Assembly (NCBI GenBank): GCA_040954595.2
Contig: JBECUI020000027.1
Location: 186,001-250,000 of the forward strand
Direction of reading: 5' to 3'
Source: Balanoglossus misakiensis
Taxonomy: Eukaryota; Animalia; Hemichordata
Length of the DNA stretch: 64,000 bases
Of the stretch, positions 1 through 13,555 are shown in pieces. Within the stretch, counting starts at the first letter, position 1. Every line of letters starts with the position of its first letter. The notes beneath the pieces were generated by a model. The model ran no database searches. It was given only the letters and a program-made list of their open reading frames with translations, and was not told the DNA's origin. A program made the translations under genes and the position numbers.

Positions 1-261
1 TCATCCATGGCATAGAGGCTGCGGAAACCCACAGGGGGCATCAGCGGGGCGGTAAAGGAATAGCGGGACAGCGACGGGGACGAACAGGAAAACAAGAATA
101 CCGGCAAGAGCAAAACAAGTAAAATCTGTATCTGATGGGAAAATGTAGAGCCTCTTGGGGCTACTATCTTACATGCACGTGAGTGAGTGAGTGAGTGAGT
201 GAGTGAGTGAGTGAGTGAGTGAGTGAGTGAGTGAGTTCTCCAACCTCTTCATATTATTCAT
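1..261 (-). CDS. Cassette 0, 5' part only (truncated by window); phase OFF
   Basis: ATG at 261, (TCAC)14, lipobox LFSC; frame hits TAA just after the tract. Confidence 0.85.
179..234 (-). repeat. (TCAC)14 tract, OFF
   Basis: 56 bp counted. Confidence 0.95.
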
Positions 262-296
262 ACCATATTCCTCCTAACAAAACATAAGTTAAGACT

Positions 297-325
297 AGTA
301 TACCTGATACTTTCGGCATTGGCAA
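297..325 (-). promoter_or_regulatory. Sigma70-type promoter of cassette 0 (same position in every cassette)
   Basis: TTGCCA-N17-TATACT, 36 bp upstream of ATG; AGGAGG 8 nt before ATG. Confidence 0.75.
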
Positions 326-654
326 GACCCCGTTCATACAAGCCTGCCCTGACAATACCCCAACGGCCTTAAAGCCGAAGAAAGGAAGCCCTCAGACCTC
401 AGCCCAAAGCTTGCAGCTCAGCCTCCGCAGGCCCAGACAATCCCGAAAGATTCACAAGCCCTGCCCCTGGGGAAAAAGTTACCTAGGACAGGGTCTTTCC
501 TGCATCCAGCATAGAGCTGTAGGGGACCAGGCGGTTTACAGCATAATTCCCTAACCTACACCGCCTGACATTCCTCAATAGAGCGGTTCCCCGGTTCGGT
601 AAGAACCTGAAAATCCGCTCACCACAGCAGCCCCGCCAAAGGCCGCCATCAGCA

Positions 655-1882
655 TTATGCCCCCGGCTGAATCTCTGTCTCTGCAAATTCAGACAGCCCG
701 GTAAGATTCACCGCGCTAACCCGGACAGACGCATTCGCAGGCAGAGTCTCGCCTTCCTGCAGCGTAACGCTGTGGGCGGTATCGCTGACATAGGCCACCG
801 GCATCCAATCCTCGCTCTGGGGGTTGCTGTATTCTATCAGATAGCCCTCGAAGGGGTTGTTGCCTAAATCGGAAACAGCCGGGGCTGTCCACGATACGGT
901 AAGGGTGTCGGTTAGCGTTGCTTCATCGGTTTGGACCTCCGCATTTAAGCCGGTCACGGCGGCGGGCGTGAGGGGATAGGGGTGGAGGTAATGTTGAAAA
1001 GAATACGGGGTGGCAAAAAATCTTGCTTGAAATCTCAATCCTAATTTTTTCCCGAAGTAATCCTTCTTATTATTGCTGAAATATTCACTAACGTCTTCCA
1101 GATGAACAATACCACCCTTATTGCTGCGATTAAAAAGCGACATATCTAGATCATTGGAAACATAGTCCAAGTGTAGTAATTGTATTCCTTGAATGTCATT
1201 ATAAGGATAGGGGCCAATATCAAACAGAGCATAGAAGTAATAAAGTCCATTTTGAAAGCCAGGGGGGAAAGGGGACAAGATGGTATAACGGACATCAAAG
1301 TCTTCCCTCGTCACTGTGGGGGCTATAGAAACGTCAATACTGGTTGATGTTGGAAGTACGGTAGCCTCATCCACCTCAGCGGTAAACGTTACCGGATCAC
1401 CAGATTCGGTATCCCTCTGAACGCTTAAGCGGTACAGATAAGAAGAATCTGCTGTTATGTCAGTATCGGTGTAAGTCTCGGTATCCGGTGGCAGGGTAGC
1501 AAGCGTGGTGTAGCTGACCCCGGCATCGGAAGATTTCTCAAGCAGAAATCCCGTTTCATTAACATTGAGATCCTTCCAGGCCAGCTGTACGCCTGCATCA
1601 TCCATGGCATAGAGGCTGCGGAAACCCACAGGGGGCATCAGCGGGGCGGTAAAGGAATAGCGGGACAGCGACGGGGTAGGACAGGAAAACAAGACTGATG
1701 AGAAGAGCAAAACAAGTAAAATCTGTATCTGATGGGAAAATGTAGAGCCTCTTGGGGCTACTATCTTACATGCACGTGAGTGAGTGAGTGAGTGAGTGAG
1801 TGAGTGAGTGAGTGAGTGAGTGAGTGAGTGAGTGAGTGAGTGAGTGAGTGAGTGAGTTCTCCAACTTCTTCATATTATTCAT
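655..1882 (-). CDS. Cassette 1 variable FN3 lipoprotein; phase OFF
   Basis: Body ORF 655-1710 intact; real ATG at 1882 is out of frame because of (TCAC)20. Confidence 0.9.
1776..1855 (-). repeat. (TCAC)20 tract, OFF
   Basis: 80 bp counted. Confidence 0.95.
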
Positions 1883-2270
1883 ACCATATTCCTCCTAACA
1901 AAACATAAGTTAAGCCTAGTATACCTGATACTTACGGCACTGACAAGACCCCGTTTTTACAAGCCTACCCTGACAATACTCCAACGGTCTTAAAGCCGAA
2001 GAAAGGTGAAAAAACATGGGTGATGCCGAAACTAACTTCCTCAAATTTGAATTGAGAACTCTTTCCGATTTTATCAACATTGTGTTTATACAGATTTTTT
2101 CCCCGAAGATTAAGGCTGGGGCAGAACCTTCAGGAAAGGGGGCCAGGCGGTTTACAGCACAATTCCCTAATCTACACCGCCTGACATTCTTCAATAGAGC
2201 GGTTCCCCGGTTCGGAAAGAACCTAAAAATCCGCTCACCGCAGCGGCCCCGCCAAAGGCCGCCGTCAGCA

Positions 2271-3496
2271 TTATGCCCCCGGCTGAATCTCTGTCTCTGC
2301 AAATTCAGACAGCCCGGCAAGATTCACCGCGCTAACCCGGACAGACGCTTTCGCAGGCAGAGTCTCGCCTTCCTGCAGTGTAACGCTGTGAGTCGTATCG
2401 CTGACATAGGCCACCGGCATCCAATCCTCGCTCTGGGGGTTGCTGTATTCTATCAGATAGCCTTCAAAGGGGTTGTTGCCTGAATCGGAAACAGCTGGGG
2501 CTGTCCACGATACGGTAAGGGTGTCGGTTTTGCTTGCCGTATCGGTTTGAACCTCCGCATTTAAGCCGGTAACGGCGGCAGGCGTGAGGGGGTATGGGTG
2601 GAGGTGGAATGGAAAAGTATAGGGAACACCTAGTAGGGATAAATCAACTCTAAATTCTGATCTCTTCCCAAATTGAAGCTTTTTATTATTGTCAAAATAC
2701 TGAAGAACGTCCCGTGGATAAAACGTAGCCCCCTTATCGTGACTGCGATTAAACAGCGAGAACTCTATATCACCCGTTGGAACGTCAAGGTTTAAAAGTA
2801 CTGATCCACTTCCTCCTTCATCGTAGAGGTAAGTACCGATGTCAAAAAGGGCATAGAAATAAAACTTAGGATTTGAACCTATTGAAGAAGGATTCAAAAC
2901 GGAAAAACGGACATCAAAGTCTCCCTTCGTCACTGTGGGGGCTACAGCAACATCAAGACTGGGGTTTGATGGAAGTACGGTAGCCTCATCCACCTCAGCG
3001 GTAAACGTTACCGGATCACCGGATTCGGTATCCCTCTGAACGCTTAAGCGATACAGATAAGAAGAATCTGCTGTTATGTCTGTATCGGTGTAAGTTTCGG
3101 TATCCGGTGGCAGGGTAGCAAGCGTGGTATAGCTGGCCCCGGCATCCGAAGATTTCTCAAGCAGAAATCCCGTTTCATTAACATTGAGATCCTTCCAGGC
3201 CAGCTGCACACCCACATCATCCATGGCATAGAGGCTACGGAAACCCACAGGAGGCATCAGCGGGGCGGTAAAGAAATACGGGAGAGGTGGCGACGGGGAC
3301 GAACAGGAAAACAAGACTGATGAGAAGAGCAAAACAAGTAAAATCTGTATTTGGTGGGAAAATATAGAGCCTCTGGGGGCTACTATCTTACATGTACGTG
3401 AGTGAGTGAGTGAGTGAGTGAGTGAGTGAGTGAGTGAGTGAGTGAGTGAGTGAGTGAGTGAGTGAGTGAGTTCTCCAACCTCTTCATATTATTCAT
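2271..3496 (-). CDS. Cassette 2 variable FN3 lipoprotein; phase OFF
   Basis: Body ORF 2271-3332; (TCAC)18. Confidence 0.9.
3398..3469 (-). repeat. (TCAC)18 tract, OFF
   Basis: 72 bp counted. Confidence 0.95.
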
Positions 3497-3889
3497 ACCA
3501 TATTCCTCCTAGCAAAACATAAGTTAAGCCTAGTATACCTGATACTTTCGGCATTGGCAAGACCCCGTTCTTACAAGCCTGCCCTGACAATACCCCAACG
3601 GTCTTAAAGCCGCAGAAAGGAAGCCCTCAGACCTCAGCCCAAAGCTTGCAGCTCAGCCTCCGCAGGCCCAGACAATCCCGAAAGATTCACAAGCCCTGCC
3701 CCTGGGAAAAAAGTTACCTAGGACAGGGTCTTTCCTGCATCCAGCATAGAGCTGTAGGGGACCAGGCGGTTTACAGCATAATTCCCTAACCTACACCGCC
3801 TGACATTCCTCAATAGAGCGGTTCCCCGGTTCGGAAAGAACCTGAAAATCCGCTCACCACAGCGGCCCCGCCAAAGGCCGCCGTCAGCA

Positions 3890-5136
3890 TTATGCCCCCG
3901 GCTGAATCTCTGTCTCTGCAAATTCAGACAGCCCGGCAAGATTCACCGCGCTAACCCGGACAGACGCATTCGCAGGCAGAGTCTCCCCTTCCTCCAGCGT
4001 AACGCTGTGGGCGGTATCGCTGACATAGGCCACCGGCATCCAATCCTCGCTCTGGGGGTTGCTGTATTCTATCAGATAGCCCTCGAAGGGGTTGTTGCCT
4101 AAATCGGAAACAGCGGGAGCTGTCCACGATACGGTAAGGGTGTCGGTTTTGCTTGCTGCATCGGTTTGGACCTCCGCCTTTAAGCCGGTCACGGCGGCGG
4201 GCGTGAGGGGGTATGGGTGGAGGTAATGTTGAAAAGTATACGGTTTGGCAAAACTTACTCCCTCAAATCTAAATTCTAATTTTTTCCCGAAGAAATCTTT
4301 CCTATTAGTGCTGAAATATTCACGAGCATCCTCTGGGTAGAAAGTACCACCCGTATTATCGCTCTGATTAAAAAGCGACATATCTATATCATTGGAAAGA
4401 TATTCTAGTTGTAGCACTCTTAATCCTCCTAAGCCTACACCCGGATCTGAATAGGGGCCAATATCAAACAGAGTAAAGAGGTTATAAATTCCACCTATAA
4501 AGGTAGTGATGGAAGAGGACAAGATGGTAAAACGGACATCAAAGTCTCCCTTCGTCACTGTGGGGGCTACAGAAACGTCAATAATATCGATTGATGTTGT
4601 AATTACGGTGGCCTCATCCACCTCAGCAGTAAACGTTACCGGATCACCAGATTTGGTATCCCTCTGAACGCTTAAGCGGTACAGATAAGAAGAATCTGCT
4701 TCTATGTCAGTATCGGTGTAAGTCTCGGTATCCGGTGGCAGGGTAGCAAGCGTGGTATAGCTGGCCCCGGCATCCGAAGATTTCTCAAGCAGAAATCCTG
4801 TTTCATTAGCATTGAGATCCTTCCAGGCCAGCTGCACACCCGCATCATCCATGGCATAGAGACTACGGAAACCCACAGGGGGCATCAGCGGGGCGGTAAA
4901 GAAATACGGGAGAGGTGGCGACGGGGACGAACAGGAAAACAAGACTGATGAGAAGAGCAAAACAAGTAAAATCTGTATTTGGTGGGAAAATGTAGAGCCT
5001 CTGGGGGCTACTATCTTACATGCACGTGAGTGAGTGAGTGAGTGAGTGAGTGAGTGAGTGAGTGAGTGAGTGAGTGAGTGAGTGAGTGAGTGAGTGAGTG
5101 AGTGAGTGAGTTCTCCAACCTCTTCATATTATTCAT
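3890..5136 (-). CDS. Cassette 3 variable FN3 lipoprotein; phase OFF
   Basis: Body ORF 3890-4960; (TCAC)21. Confidence 0.9.
5026..5109 (-). repeat. (TCAC)21 tract, OFF
   Basis: 84 bp counted. Confidence 0.95.
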
Positions 5137-5524
5137 ACCATATTCCTCCTAACAAAACTTAAGTTAAGCTTAGTATACCCGATACTTACGACTTCGACAA
5201 GACCCCGTTCATACAAGCCTGCCCTGACAATACCCCAGCGGCCTTAAAGCCGAAGAAAGGTAAAAAAAACATGGGTGATGCCGAAACTAACTTCCTCAAA
5301 TTTGAATTGAGAACTCTTTCCGATTTTATCAACATTGTGTTTATACAGATTTTTTCCCCGAAGATTAAGGCTGGGCAGAACCTTCAGGAAAGGGGGCCGG
5401 GCGGTTTACAGCACAATTCCCTAACCTACACCGCCTGACATTCCTCAATAGAGCGGTTCCCCGGTTCGGAAAGAACCTAAAAATCCGCTCACCGCAGCGG
5501 CCCCGCCAAAGGCCGCCGTCAGCA

Positions 5525-6734
5525 TTATGCCCCCGGCTGAATCTCTGTCTCTGCAAATTCAGACAACCCGGTAAGATTCACCGCACTAACCCGGACAGAC
5601 GCGTTCGCAGGCAGAGTCTCGCCTTCCTGCAGCGTAACGCTGTAGGTGGCTTCTCTCACCCAGGCCACCGGCATCCAATCCTCGCTCTGGGGATTGCTGT
5701 ATTCTATCAGATAGCCATCAAAGGGGTTGTTGCCTGAATCGGAAACAGCGGGGGCTGTCCACGATACGGTAAGGGTATCGGTTTTGCTTGCCGTATCGGT
5801 TTGAACCTCCGCCTTTAAGCCGGTCACGGCGGCGGGCGTGAGGGGGTATGGGTGGAGGTGGAATTGAAAAGGAAACGGTTGGCCAAAAGCTACTGCCTCA
5901 AATGAAAATTCTAATCTTTTTCCGAACTGATCCTTCCTATTATTGCGGAAATATTTACGAGCGTCTTCATCATCATAAGTACCACCCGTATCATCGTTCT
6001 GATTAAAAAGCGTAATAACTATATTGTCATAAGAAAGTTGAAACAATTGCAAAAGCTGCAATCCACGAGTGTTCACCTCATCATAGAGGTGGGGGCCAAT
6101 GTCAAAGAAAGCATAGAAAATATACCTATTAAATAATGCTAGGGGGGACAAAAGGGAAAAACGGACATCAAAGTCTTCCTTTGTCACTGTGGGGGCTATA
6201 GAAACGTCAATACTATCGGTTTGTGCTGTAATTATGGTAGCCTCATCCACCTCAGCGGTAAACGTTACTGGATCACTGGATTCGGTATCCCTCTGAACGC
6301 TTAAGCGGTACAGATAAGAAGAATCTGCTTCTATGTCAGTATCGGTGTAAGTCTCGGTATCCGGGGACAGGGTAGCAAGGGTGGTGTAGCTGGCCCCGGC
6401 ATCGGAAGATTTCTCAAGCAGAAATCCCGTTTCATTAACATTGAGATCCTTCCAGGCCAGCTGCACACCCGTATCATCCATGGCATAGAGGCTGCGGAAA
6501 CCCACAGGAGGCATCAGCGGGGAAGCAAAGGAATACAGGGACGGCAACGGGGACGAACAGGAAAACAAGAATGCCGGCAAGAGCAAAACAAGTAAAATCT
6601 GTATCTGATGGGAAAATGTAGAGCCTCTTGGGGCTACTATCTTACATGCACGTGAGTGAGTGAGTGAGTGAGTGAGTGAGTGAGTGAGTGAGTGAGTGAG
6701 TGAGTGAGTTCTCCAACTTCTTCATATTATTCAT
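5525..6734 (-). CDS. Cassette 4 variable FN3 lipoprotein; phase OFF
   Basis: Body ORF 5525-6586; (TCAC)14. Confidence 0.9.
6652..6707 (-). repeat. (TCAC)14 tract, OFF
   Basis: 56 bp counted. Confidence 0.95.
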
Positions 6735-7127
6735 ACCATATTCCTCCTAACAAAACTTAAGTTAAGCCTAGTATACCTGATACTTACGGCATTGGCAAGA
6801 CCCCGTTCATACAAGCCTGCCCTGACAATACCCCAACGGTCTTAAAGCCGAAGAAAGGAAGCCCTCAGACCTCAGCCCAAAGCCTGCAGCTCAGCCTCCG
6901 CAGGCCCAGACAATCCCGAAAGATTCATAAGCCCTGCCCCTGGGGAAAAAGTTACCTAGGACAGGGTCTTTCCTGCATCCAGCATAGAGCTGTAGGGGGC
7001 CGGGCGGTCTACAGCATAATTCCCTAACCTACACCGCCTGACATTCCTCAATAGAGCGGTTTCCCGATTCAAAAAGAACCGGAAAATCCGCTCCCAGCAG
7101 CGGCACCGCAAAACGCCGCAGTCAGCA

Positions 7128-8353
7128 TCATCCCCCCGGCTGAATCTCCGTCTCAGCAGATTCAGACAACCCGGTAAGATTCACCGCTCTGACCCGGACA
7201 GACGCTTTCGCAGGCAGAGTCTTCCCCTCCTGCAGCGTAACGCTGTGAGCGGTATCGCTGACATAGGCCACCGGCATCCAATCCTCGCTCTGGGGATTGC
7301 TGTATTCTATCAGATAGCCTTCAAAGGGATTGTTGCCTGAATCGGAAACAACCGGGGCTGTCCACGATACGGTAAGGGTATCGGTTTTGCTTGCCGTATC
7401 GGTTTGAACCTCCGCTTTTAAGCCGGTAACGGCGGCGGGTGGGAGGGGGTAGGGGTGGAGGTGGAATTGAAAAGAATACGGTTGGGTAAAAAATCTTCCT
7501 TGAAGTCGAAATCCTAATTTTTCCCCAAAGTAATCCTTCCTATTATTGTTAAAATATAGATCAACATCCGTTGGGTGGAAAATACCACCCTTATCATTGC
7601 TGCGATTAAAAAGCGATATATATATATCTATATCATTGGTGGGAACAGAATCCAATTGTCGTAATTGTAATCCATCAGTGGCGTCATCATAGGTATCGGA
7701 GCCAATGTCAAACAGAGCAAAGATGTAATAATTTCCATGTGTGAAGCCAGGAGGGAAAGGGGCCAACATGGTAAAACTGACATCAAAGTCTCCCCTCGTC
7801 ACTGTGGGGGCTACAGCAACGTCAATATCGGGACTGATTGATGGAAGTACGGTAGCCTCATCCACCTCAGCGGTAAACGTTACCGGATCACCAGATTCGG
7901 TATCCCTCTGAACGCTTAAGCGGTACAGATAAGAAGAATCTGCTTCTATGTCAGTATCGGTGTAAGTCTCGGTATCCGGTGGCAGGGTAGCAAGCGTGGT
8001 ATAGCTGACCCCGGAATCTGAAGATTTCTCAAGCAGAAATCCCGTTTCATTAACATTGAGATCCTTCCAGGCCAGCTGTACGCCTGCATCATCCATGGCA
8101 TAGAGACTACGGAAACCCACAGGGGGCATCAACGGGGCGGCAAAGGAATACCGGGACAGCGACGGGGACGAACAGGAAAACAAGAATGCCGGCAAGAGCA
8201 AAACAAGTAAAATCTGTATCTGATGGGAAAATATAGAGCCTCTTGGGGCTACTATCTTACATGCACGTGAGTGAGTGAGTGAGTGAGTGAGTGAGTGAGT
8301 GAGTGAGTGAGTGAGTGAGTGAGTGAGTTCTCCAACCTCTTCATATTATTCAT
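7128..8353 (-). CDS. Cassette 5 variable FN3 lipoprotein; phase OFF
   Basis: Body ORF 7128-8201; (TCAC)15. Confidence 0.9.
8267..8326 (-). repeat. (TCAC)15 tract, OFF
   Basis: 60 bp counted. Confidence 0.95.
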
Positions 8354-8735
8354 ACCATATTCCTCCTAGCAAAACATAAGTTAAGACTAGTATACCTGAT
8401 ACTTACGACTTCGACAAGACCCCGTTCATACAAGCCTACCCCAACGGCCTTAAAGCCGAAGAAAGGAAGCCCTCAGACCTCAGCCCAAAGCCTGCAGCTC
8501 AGCCTCCGCAGGCCCAGACAATCCCGAAAGATTCATAAGCCCTGCCCCTGGGAAAAAAGTTACCTAGGACAGGGTCTTTCCTGCATCCAGCATAAACCTG
8601 TAGGGGGCCGGGCGGTTTACAGCATAATTTCCTAACCTACACCGCCTGACATTCCTCAATAGAGCGGTTCCCCGGTTCGGAAAGAACCTAAAAATCCGCT
8701 CACCGCAGCGGCCCCGCCAAAGGCCGCCGTCAGCA

Positions 8736-9951
8736 TTATGCCCCCGGCTGAATCTCTGTCTCTGCAAATTCAGACAGCCCGGCAAGATTCACCGCGCTAA
8801 CCCGGACAGACGCATTCGCAGGCAGAGTCTCGCCTTCCTGCAGCGTAACGCTGTGGGCGGTATCGCTGACATAAGCCACCGGCATCCAATCCTCGCTCTG
8901 GGGATTGCTGTATTCTATCAGATAGCCCTCGAAGGGGTTGTTGCCTGAATCGGAAACAGCTGGAGCTGTCCACGATACGGTAAAGGTGTCGGTTTTGCTT
9001 GCAGTATCGGTTTGGACCTCCGCCTTTAAGCCGGTAACGGCGGCGGGCGTGAGGGGGTATGGGTGGAGGTGGAATGGGAAAGGATATGATAAGGTAGCGA
9101 ATTCACCTTCAAATATAAATCCTAATCTTTGTCCGAAGTAATCCTTCCTATTATTGCTGAAATATCCACCAGCGTCGGACACATAAACAATACCACCCTT
9201 ATCATTGCTGCGATTAAAAAGCGACATATCTACTATATCATTGGAATCATAATCCAATTGTAGGATTTTTAATCCTAAATTGGGCCCATGGGGATCATAG
9301 GGATAGGGTCCAATGTCAAACAGAGCATAGATGTGATAATTTCCACTTGGGCCGGGGGGGAAAGGGGGCAAGATGGTAAAACTGACATGAAAGTCTTCCT
9401 TTGTCACTGTGGGGACTACAGAAGCGTCAATACTGGGGTTCACTGGAATTACGGTAGCCTTATCCACCTCGGCGGTAAACGTTACCGGATCACCGGATTC
9501 GGTATCCCTCTGAACGCTTAAGCGGTACAGATAAGAAGAATCTGCTTCTATGTCAGTATCGGCGTAAGTCTCGGTATCCGGTGGCAGGGTAGCAAGCGTG
9601 GTATAGCTGGCCCCGGCATCCGAAGATTTCTCAAGCAGAAATCCCGTTTCATTAGCATTGAGATCCTTCCAGGCCAGCTGTACGCCTGCATCATCCATGG
9701 CATAGAGGCTACGGAAACCCACAGGAGGCATCAGCGGGGCGGCAAAGGAATACAGGGACGGCGACGGGGACGAACAGGAAAACAAGAATGCCGACAAGAG
9801 CAAAACAAGTAAAATCTGTATCTGATGGGAAAATATAGAGCCTCTTGGGGCTACTATCTTACATGCACGTGAGTGAGTGAGTGAGTGAGTGAGTGAGTGA
9901 GTGAGTGAGTGAGTGAGTGAGTGAGTTCTCCAACCTCTTCATATTATTCAT
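8736..9951 (-). CDS. Cassette 6 variable FN3 lipoprotein; phase OFF
   Basis: Body ORF 8736-9803; (TCAC)14. Confidence 0.9.
9869..9924 (-). repeat. (TCAC)14 tract, OFF
   Basis: 56 bp counted. Confidence 0.95.
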
Positions 9952-10350
9952 ACCATATTCCTCCTAACAAAACATAAGTTAAGACTAGTATACCTAATAC
10001 TTACGACTTCGACAAGACCCCGTTCATACAAGCCTGCCCTGACAATACCCCAACGGCCTTAAAGCCGAAGAAAGGAAGCCCTCAGACCTCAGACCTCAGC
10101 CCAAAGCCTGCAGCTCAGCCTCCGCAGGCCCAGACAATCCCGAAAGATTCACAAGCCCTGCCCCTGGGAAAAAGTTACCTAGGACAGGGTCTTTCCTGCA
10201 TCCAGCATAGAGCTGTAGGGGACCAGGCGGTTTACAGCATAATTCCCTAACCTACACCGCCTGACATTCCTCAATAGAGCGGTTCCCCGGTTCGGAAAGA
10301 ACCTAAAAATCCGCTCACCACAGCAGCCCCGCCAAAGGCCGCCGTCAGCA

Positions 10351-11553
10351 TTATGCCCCTGGCTGAATCTCTGTCTCTGCAAATTCAGACAACCCGGTAA
10401 GATTCACCGCCCTGACCCGGACAGACGCGTTCGCAGGCAGAGTCTCGCCTTCCTGCAGCGTAACGCTGTGGGCGGTATCGCTGACATAGGCCACCGGCAT
10501 CCAATCCTCGCTCTGGGGATTGCTGTATTCTATCAGATAGCCCTCAACGGGGTTGTTGCCTAAATCGGAAACAGCGGGAGCTGTCCACGATACGGTAAGG
10601 GTATCGGTTTTGCTTGCCGTATCGGTTTGAACCTCCGCCTTTAAGCCGGTAACGGCGGCGGGCGTGAGGGGATAGGGGTGGAGGTGGAATTGAAAAGAAT
10701 ACAGTATGGTAAAGAATTCACTTTCAAATATAAATCCTAATCTTTTGCCGAAGTAATCCTTCCTATTATTGCTGAAATATTCACCAGCGTCGGACACATA
10801 AACAATACCACCCTTATCATTGCTGCGATTAAAAAGCGACATATCTATATCATTGGAATCATGAATCAATTGTAGCATTAGTAATCCAGTCGTGGCCCCA
10901 TTGGGATCATAGGGATAGGGGCCAATGTCAAACAGAGTATAGAGGTTATAAACTCCACTTGGGGGGGGGACAAAATGGTAAAACGGACATCAAAGTCTTC
11001 CCTCGTCACTGTGGGGGCTACCGCAACATCAAAACTGGTGCTTCTCGGAAGTACGGTGGTCTCATCCACCTCAGCGGTAAACGTTACCGGTTCACCGGAT
11101 TCGGTATCTCTCTGAACGCTTAAGCGGTACAGATAAGAAGAATCTGCTTCTATGTCAGTATCGGTGTAAGTCTCGGTATCCGGTGGCAGGGTAGCAAGCG
11201 TGGTATAGCTGACCCCGGCATCTGAAGATTTCTCAAGCAGAAATCCTGTTTCATTAGCATTGAGATCCTTCCAGGCCAGCTGCACACCTGCGTCATCCAT
11301 GGCGTAGAGACTACGGAAACCCACAGGAGGCATCAGCGGGGCGGTAAAGGAATACAGGGACGGCGATGGGGACGAACAGGAAAACAAGAATGCCGACAAG
11401 AGCAAAACAAGTAAAATCTGTATCTGCTGGGAAAATGTAGAGCCTCTTGGGGCTACTATCTTACATGCACGTGAGTGAGTGAGTGAGTGAGTGAGTGAGT
11501 GAGTGAGTGAGTGAGTGAGTGAGTGAGTTCTCCAACCTCTTCATATTATTCAT
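10351..11553 (-). pseudogene. Cassette 7 variable FN3 lipoprotein; OFF, plus an internal frameshift at a C9 run
   Basis: (TCAC)14; body split into 10878-11405 and 10351-10878 by the G9 run at 10961-10969. Confidence 0.85.
11471..11526 (-). repeat. (TCAC)14 tract, OFF
   Basis: 56 bp counted. Confidence 0.95.
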
Positions 11554-11931
11554 ACCATATTCCTCCTAACAAAACTTAAGTTAAGCCTAGTATACCTGAT
11601 ACTTACGGCACTGACAAGGCCCCGTTCATACAAGCCTACCCCAACGGCCTTAAAGCCGAAGAAAGGTAAAAAAAACATGGGTGATGCCGAAACTAACTTC
11701 CTCAAATTTGAATTGAGAACTCTTTCCGATTTTATCAACATTGTGTTTATACAGACTTTTCCCCCGAAGATTAAGGCTGGGGCAGAACCTTCAGGAAAGG
11801 GGGCCAGGCGGTTTACAGCATAATTCCCTAACCTACACCGCCTGACATTCCTCAATAGAGCGGTTCCCCGGTTCGGAAAGAACCTAAAAATCCGCTCACC
11901 GCAGCGGCCCTGCCAAAGGCCGCCGTCAGCA

Positions 11932-13162
11932 TTATGCCCCCGGCTGAATCTCTGTCTCTGCAAATTCAGACAACCCGGTAAGATTCACCGCCCTGACCCG
12001 GACAGACGCGTTCGCAGGCAGAGTCTCGCCTTCCTGCAGCGTAACGCTGTGGGCGGTACCGCTGACATAGGCCACCGGCATCCAATCCTCGCTCTGGGGG
12101 TTGCTGTATTCTATCAGATAGCCTTCAAAGGGGTTGTTGCCTAAATCGGAAACAGCTGGGGCTGTCCACGATACGGTAAGGGTGTCGGTTTTGCTTGCCG
12201 TATCGGTTTGAACCTCCGCATTTAAGCCGGTAACGGCGGCAGGCGTGAGGGGGTATGGGTGGAGATGGAATTGAAAAGAATGCGGTTGGGCAAAAAATCT
12301 TCCTTCAAATTCTAATCCTAATTTTTCCCCGAAGTAATCCTTCCTATTATTGCTGAAATATTCACCAGCGTCGGACACATAAACAATACCACCCTTATCA
12401 TTGCTACGATTAAAAAGCGACATATCTATATCATTGGAAACATAATCCAATTGTAGCACTCGTAATCTATGAGTGGCCGCCTCATCATATGGATAGGGGC
12501 CAATGTCAAACAGAGGATAGAGGTAATAAATTCCATATGCAAAGTCAGGAGGGAAAGGGCCCAAAATGGTAAAACTGACATCAAAGTCTCCCCTCGTCAC
12601 TGTGGGGGCTACAGAAACGTCAAGATCGGGACTGATTGTTGTGGCCTTATCCACCCGGGGGGTAAACGTTACCGGGTCACTGGATTCGGTATCCCTCTGA
12701 ACGCTTAAGCGGTACAGATAAGAAGAATCTGCTTCTATGTCTGTATCGGTGTAAGTTTCGGTATCTGGTGGCAGGGTAGCAAGCGTGGTGTAGCTGACCC
12801 CGGCATCGGAAGATTTCTCAAGCAGAAATCCCGTTTCATTAACATTGAGATCCTTCCAGGCCAGCTGTACGCCTGCATCATCCATGGCATAGAGGCTGCG
12901 GAAACCCACAGGGGGCATCAGCGGGGCGGTAAAGGAATAGCGGGACAGCGACGGGGACGAACAGGAAAACAAGAATACCGGCAAGAGCAAAACAAGTAAA
13001 ATCTGTATCTGATGGGAAAATGTAGAGCCTCTTGGGGCTACTATCTTACATGCACGTGAGTGAGTGAGTGAGTGAGTGAGTGAGTGAGTGAGTGAGTGAG
13101 TGAGTGAGTGAGTGAGTGAGTGAGTGAGTGAGTGAGTTCTCCAACCTCTTCATATTATTCAT
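11932..13162 (-). CDS. Cassette 8 variable FN3 lipoprotein; phase OFF
   Basis: Body ORF 11932-12990; (TCAC)20. Confidence 0.9.
13056..13135 (-). repeat. (TCAC)20 tract, OFF
   Basis: 80 bp counted. Confidence 0.95.
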
Positions 13163-13555
13163 ACCATATTCCTCCTAACAAAACATAAGTTAAGACTAGT
13201 ATACCTGATACTTTCGGCATTGGCAAGACCCCGTTCATACAAGCCTGCCCTGACAATACCCCAACGGCCTTAAAGCCGAAGAAAGGAAGCCCTCAGACCT
13301 CAGCCCAAAGCTTGCAGCTCAGCCTCCGCAGGCCCAGACAATCCCGAAAGATTCACAAGCCCTGCCCCTGGGGAAAAAGTTACCTAGGACAGGGTCTTTC
13401 CTGCATCCAGCATAGAGCTGTAGGGGACCAGGCGGTTTACAGCATAATTCCCTAACCTACACCGCCTGACATTCCTCAATAGAGCGGTTCCCCGGTTCGG
13501 TAAGAACCTGAAAATCCGCTCACCACAGCAGCCCCGCCAAAGGCCGCCATCAGCA

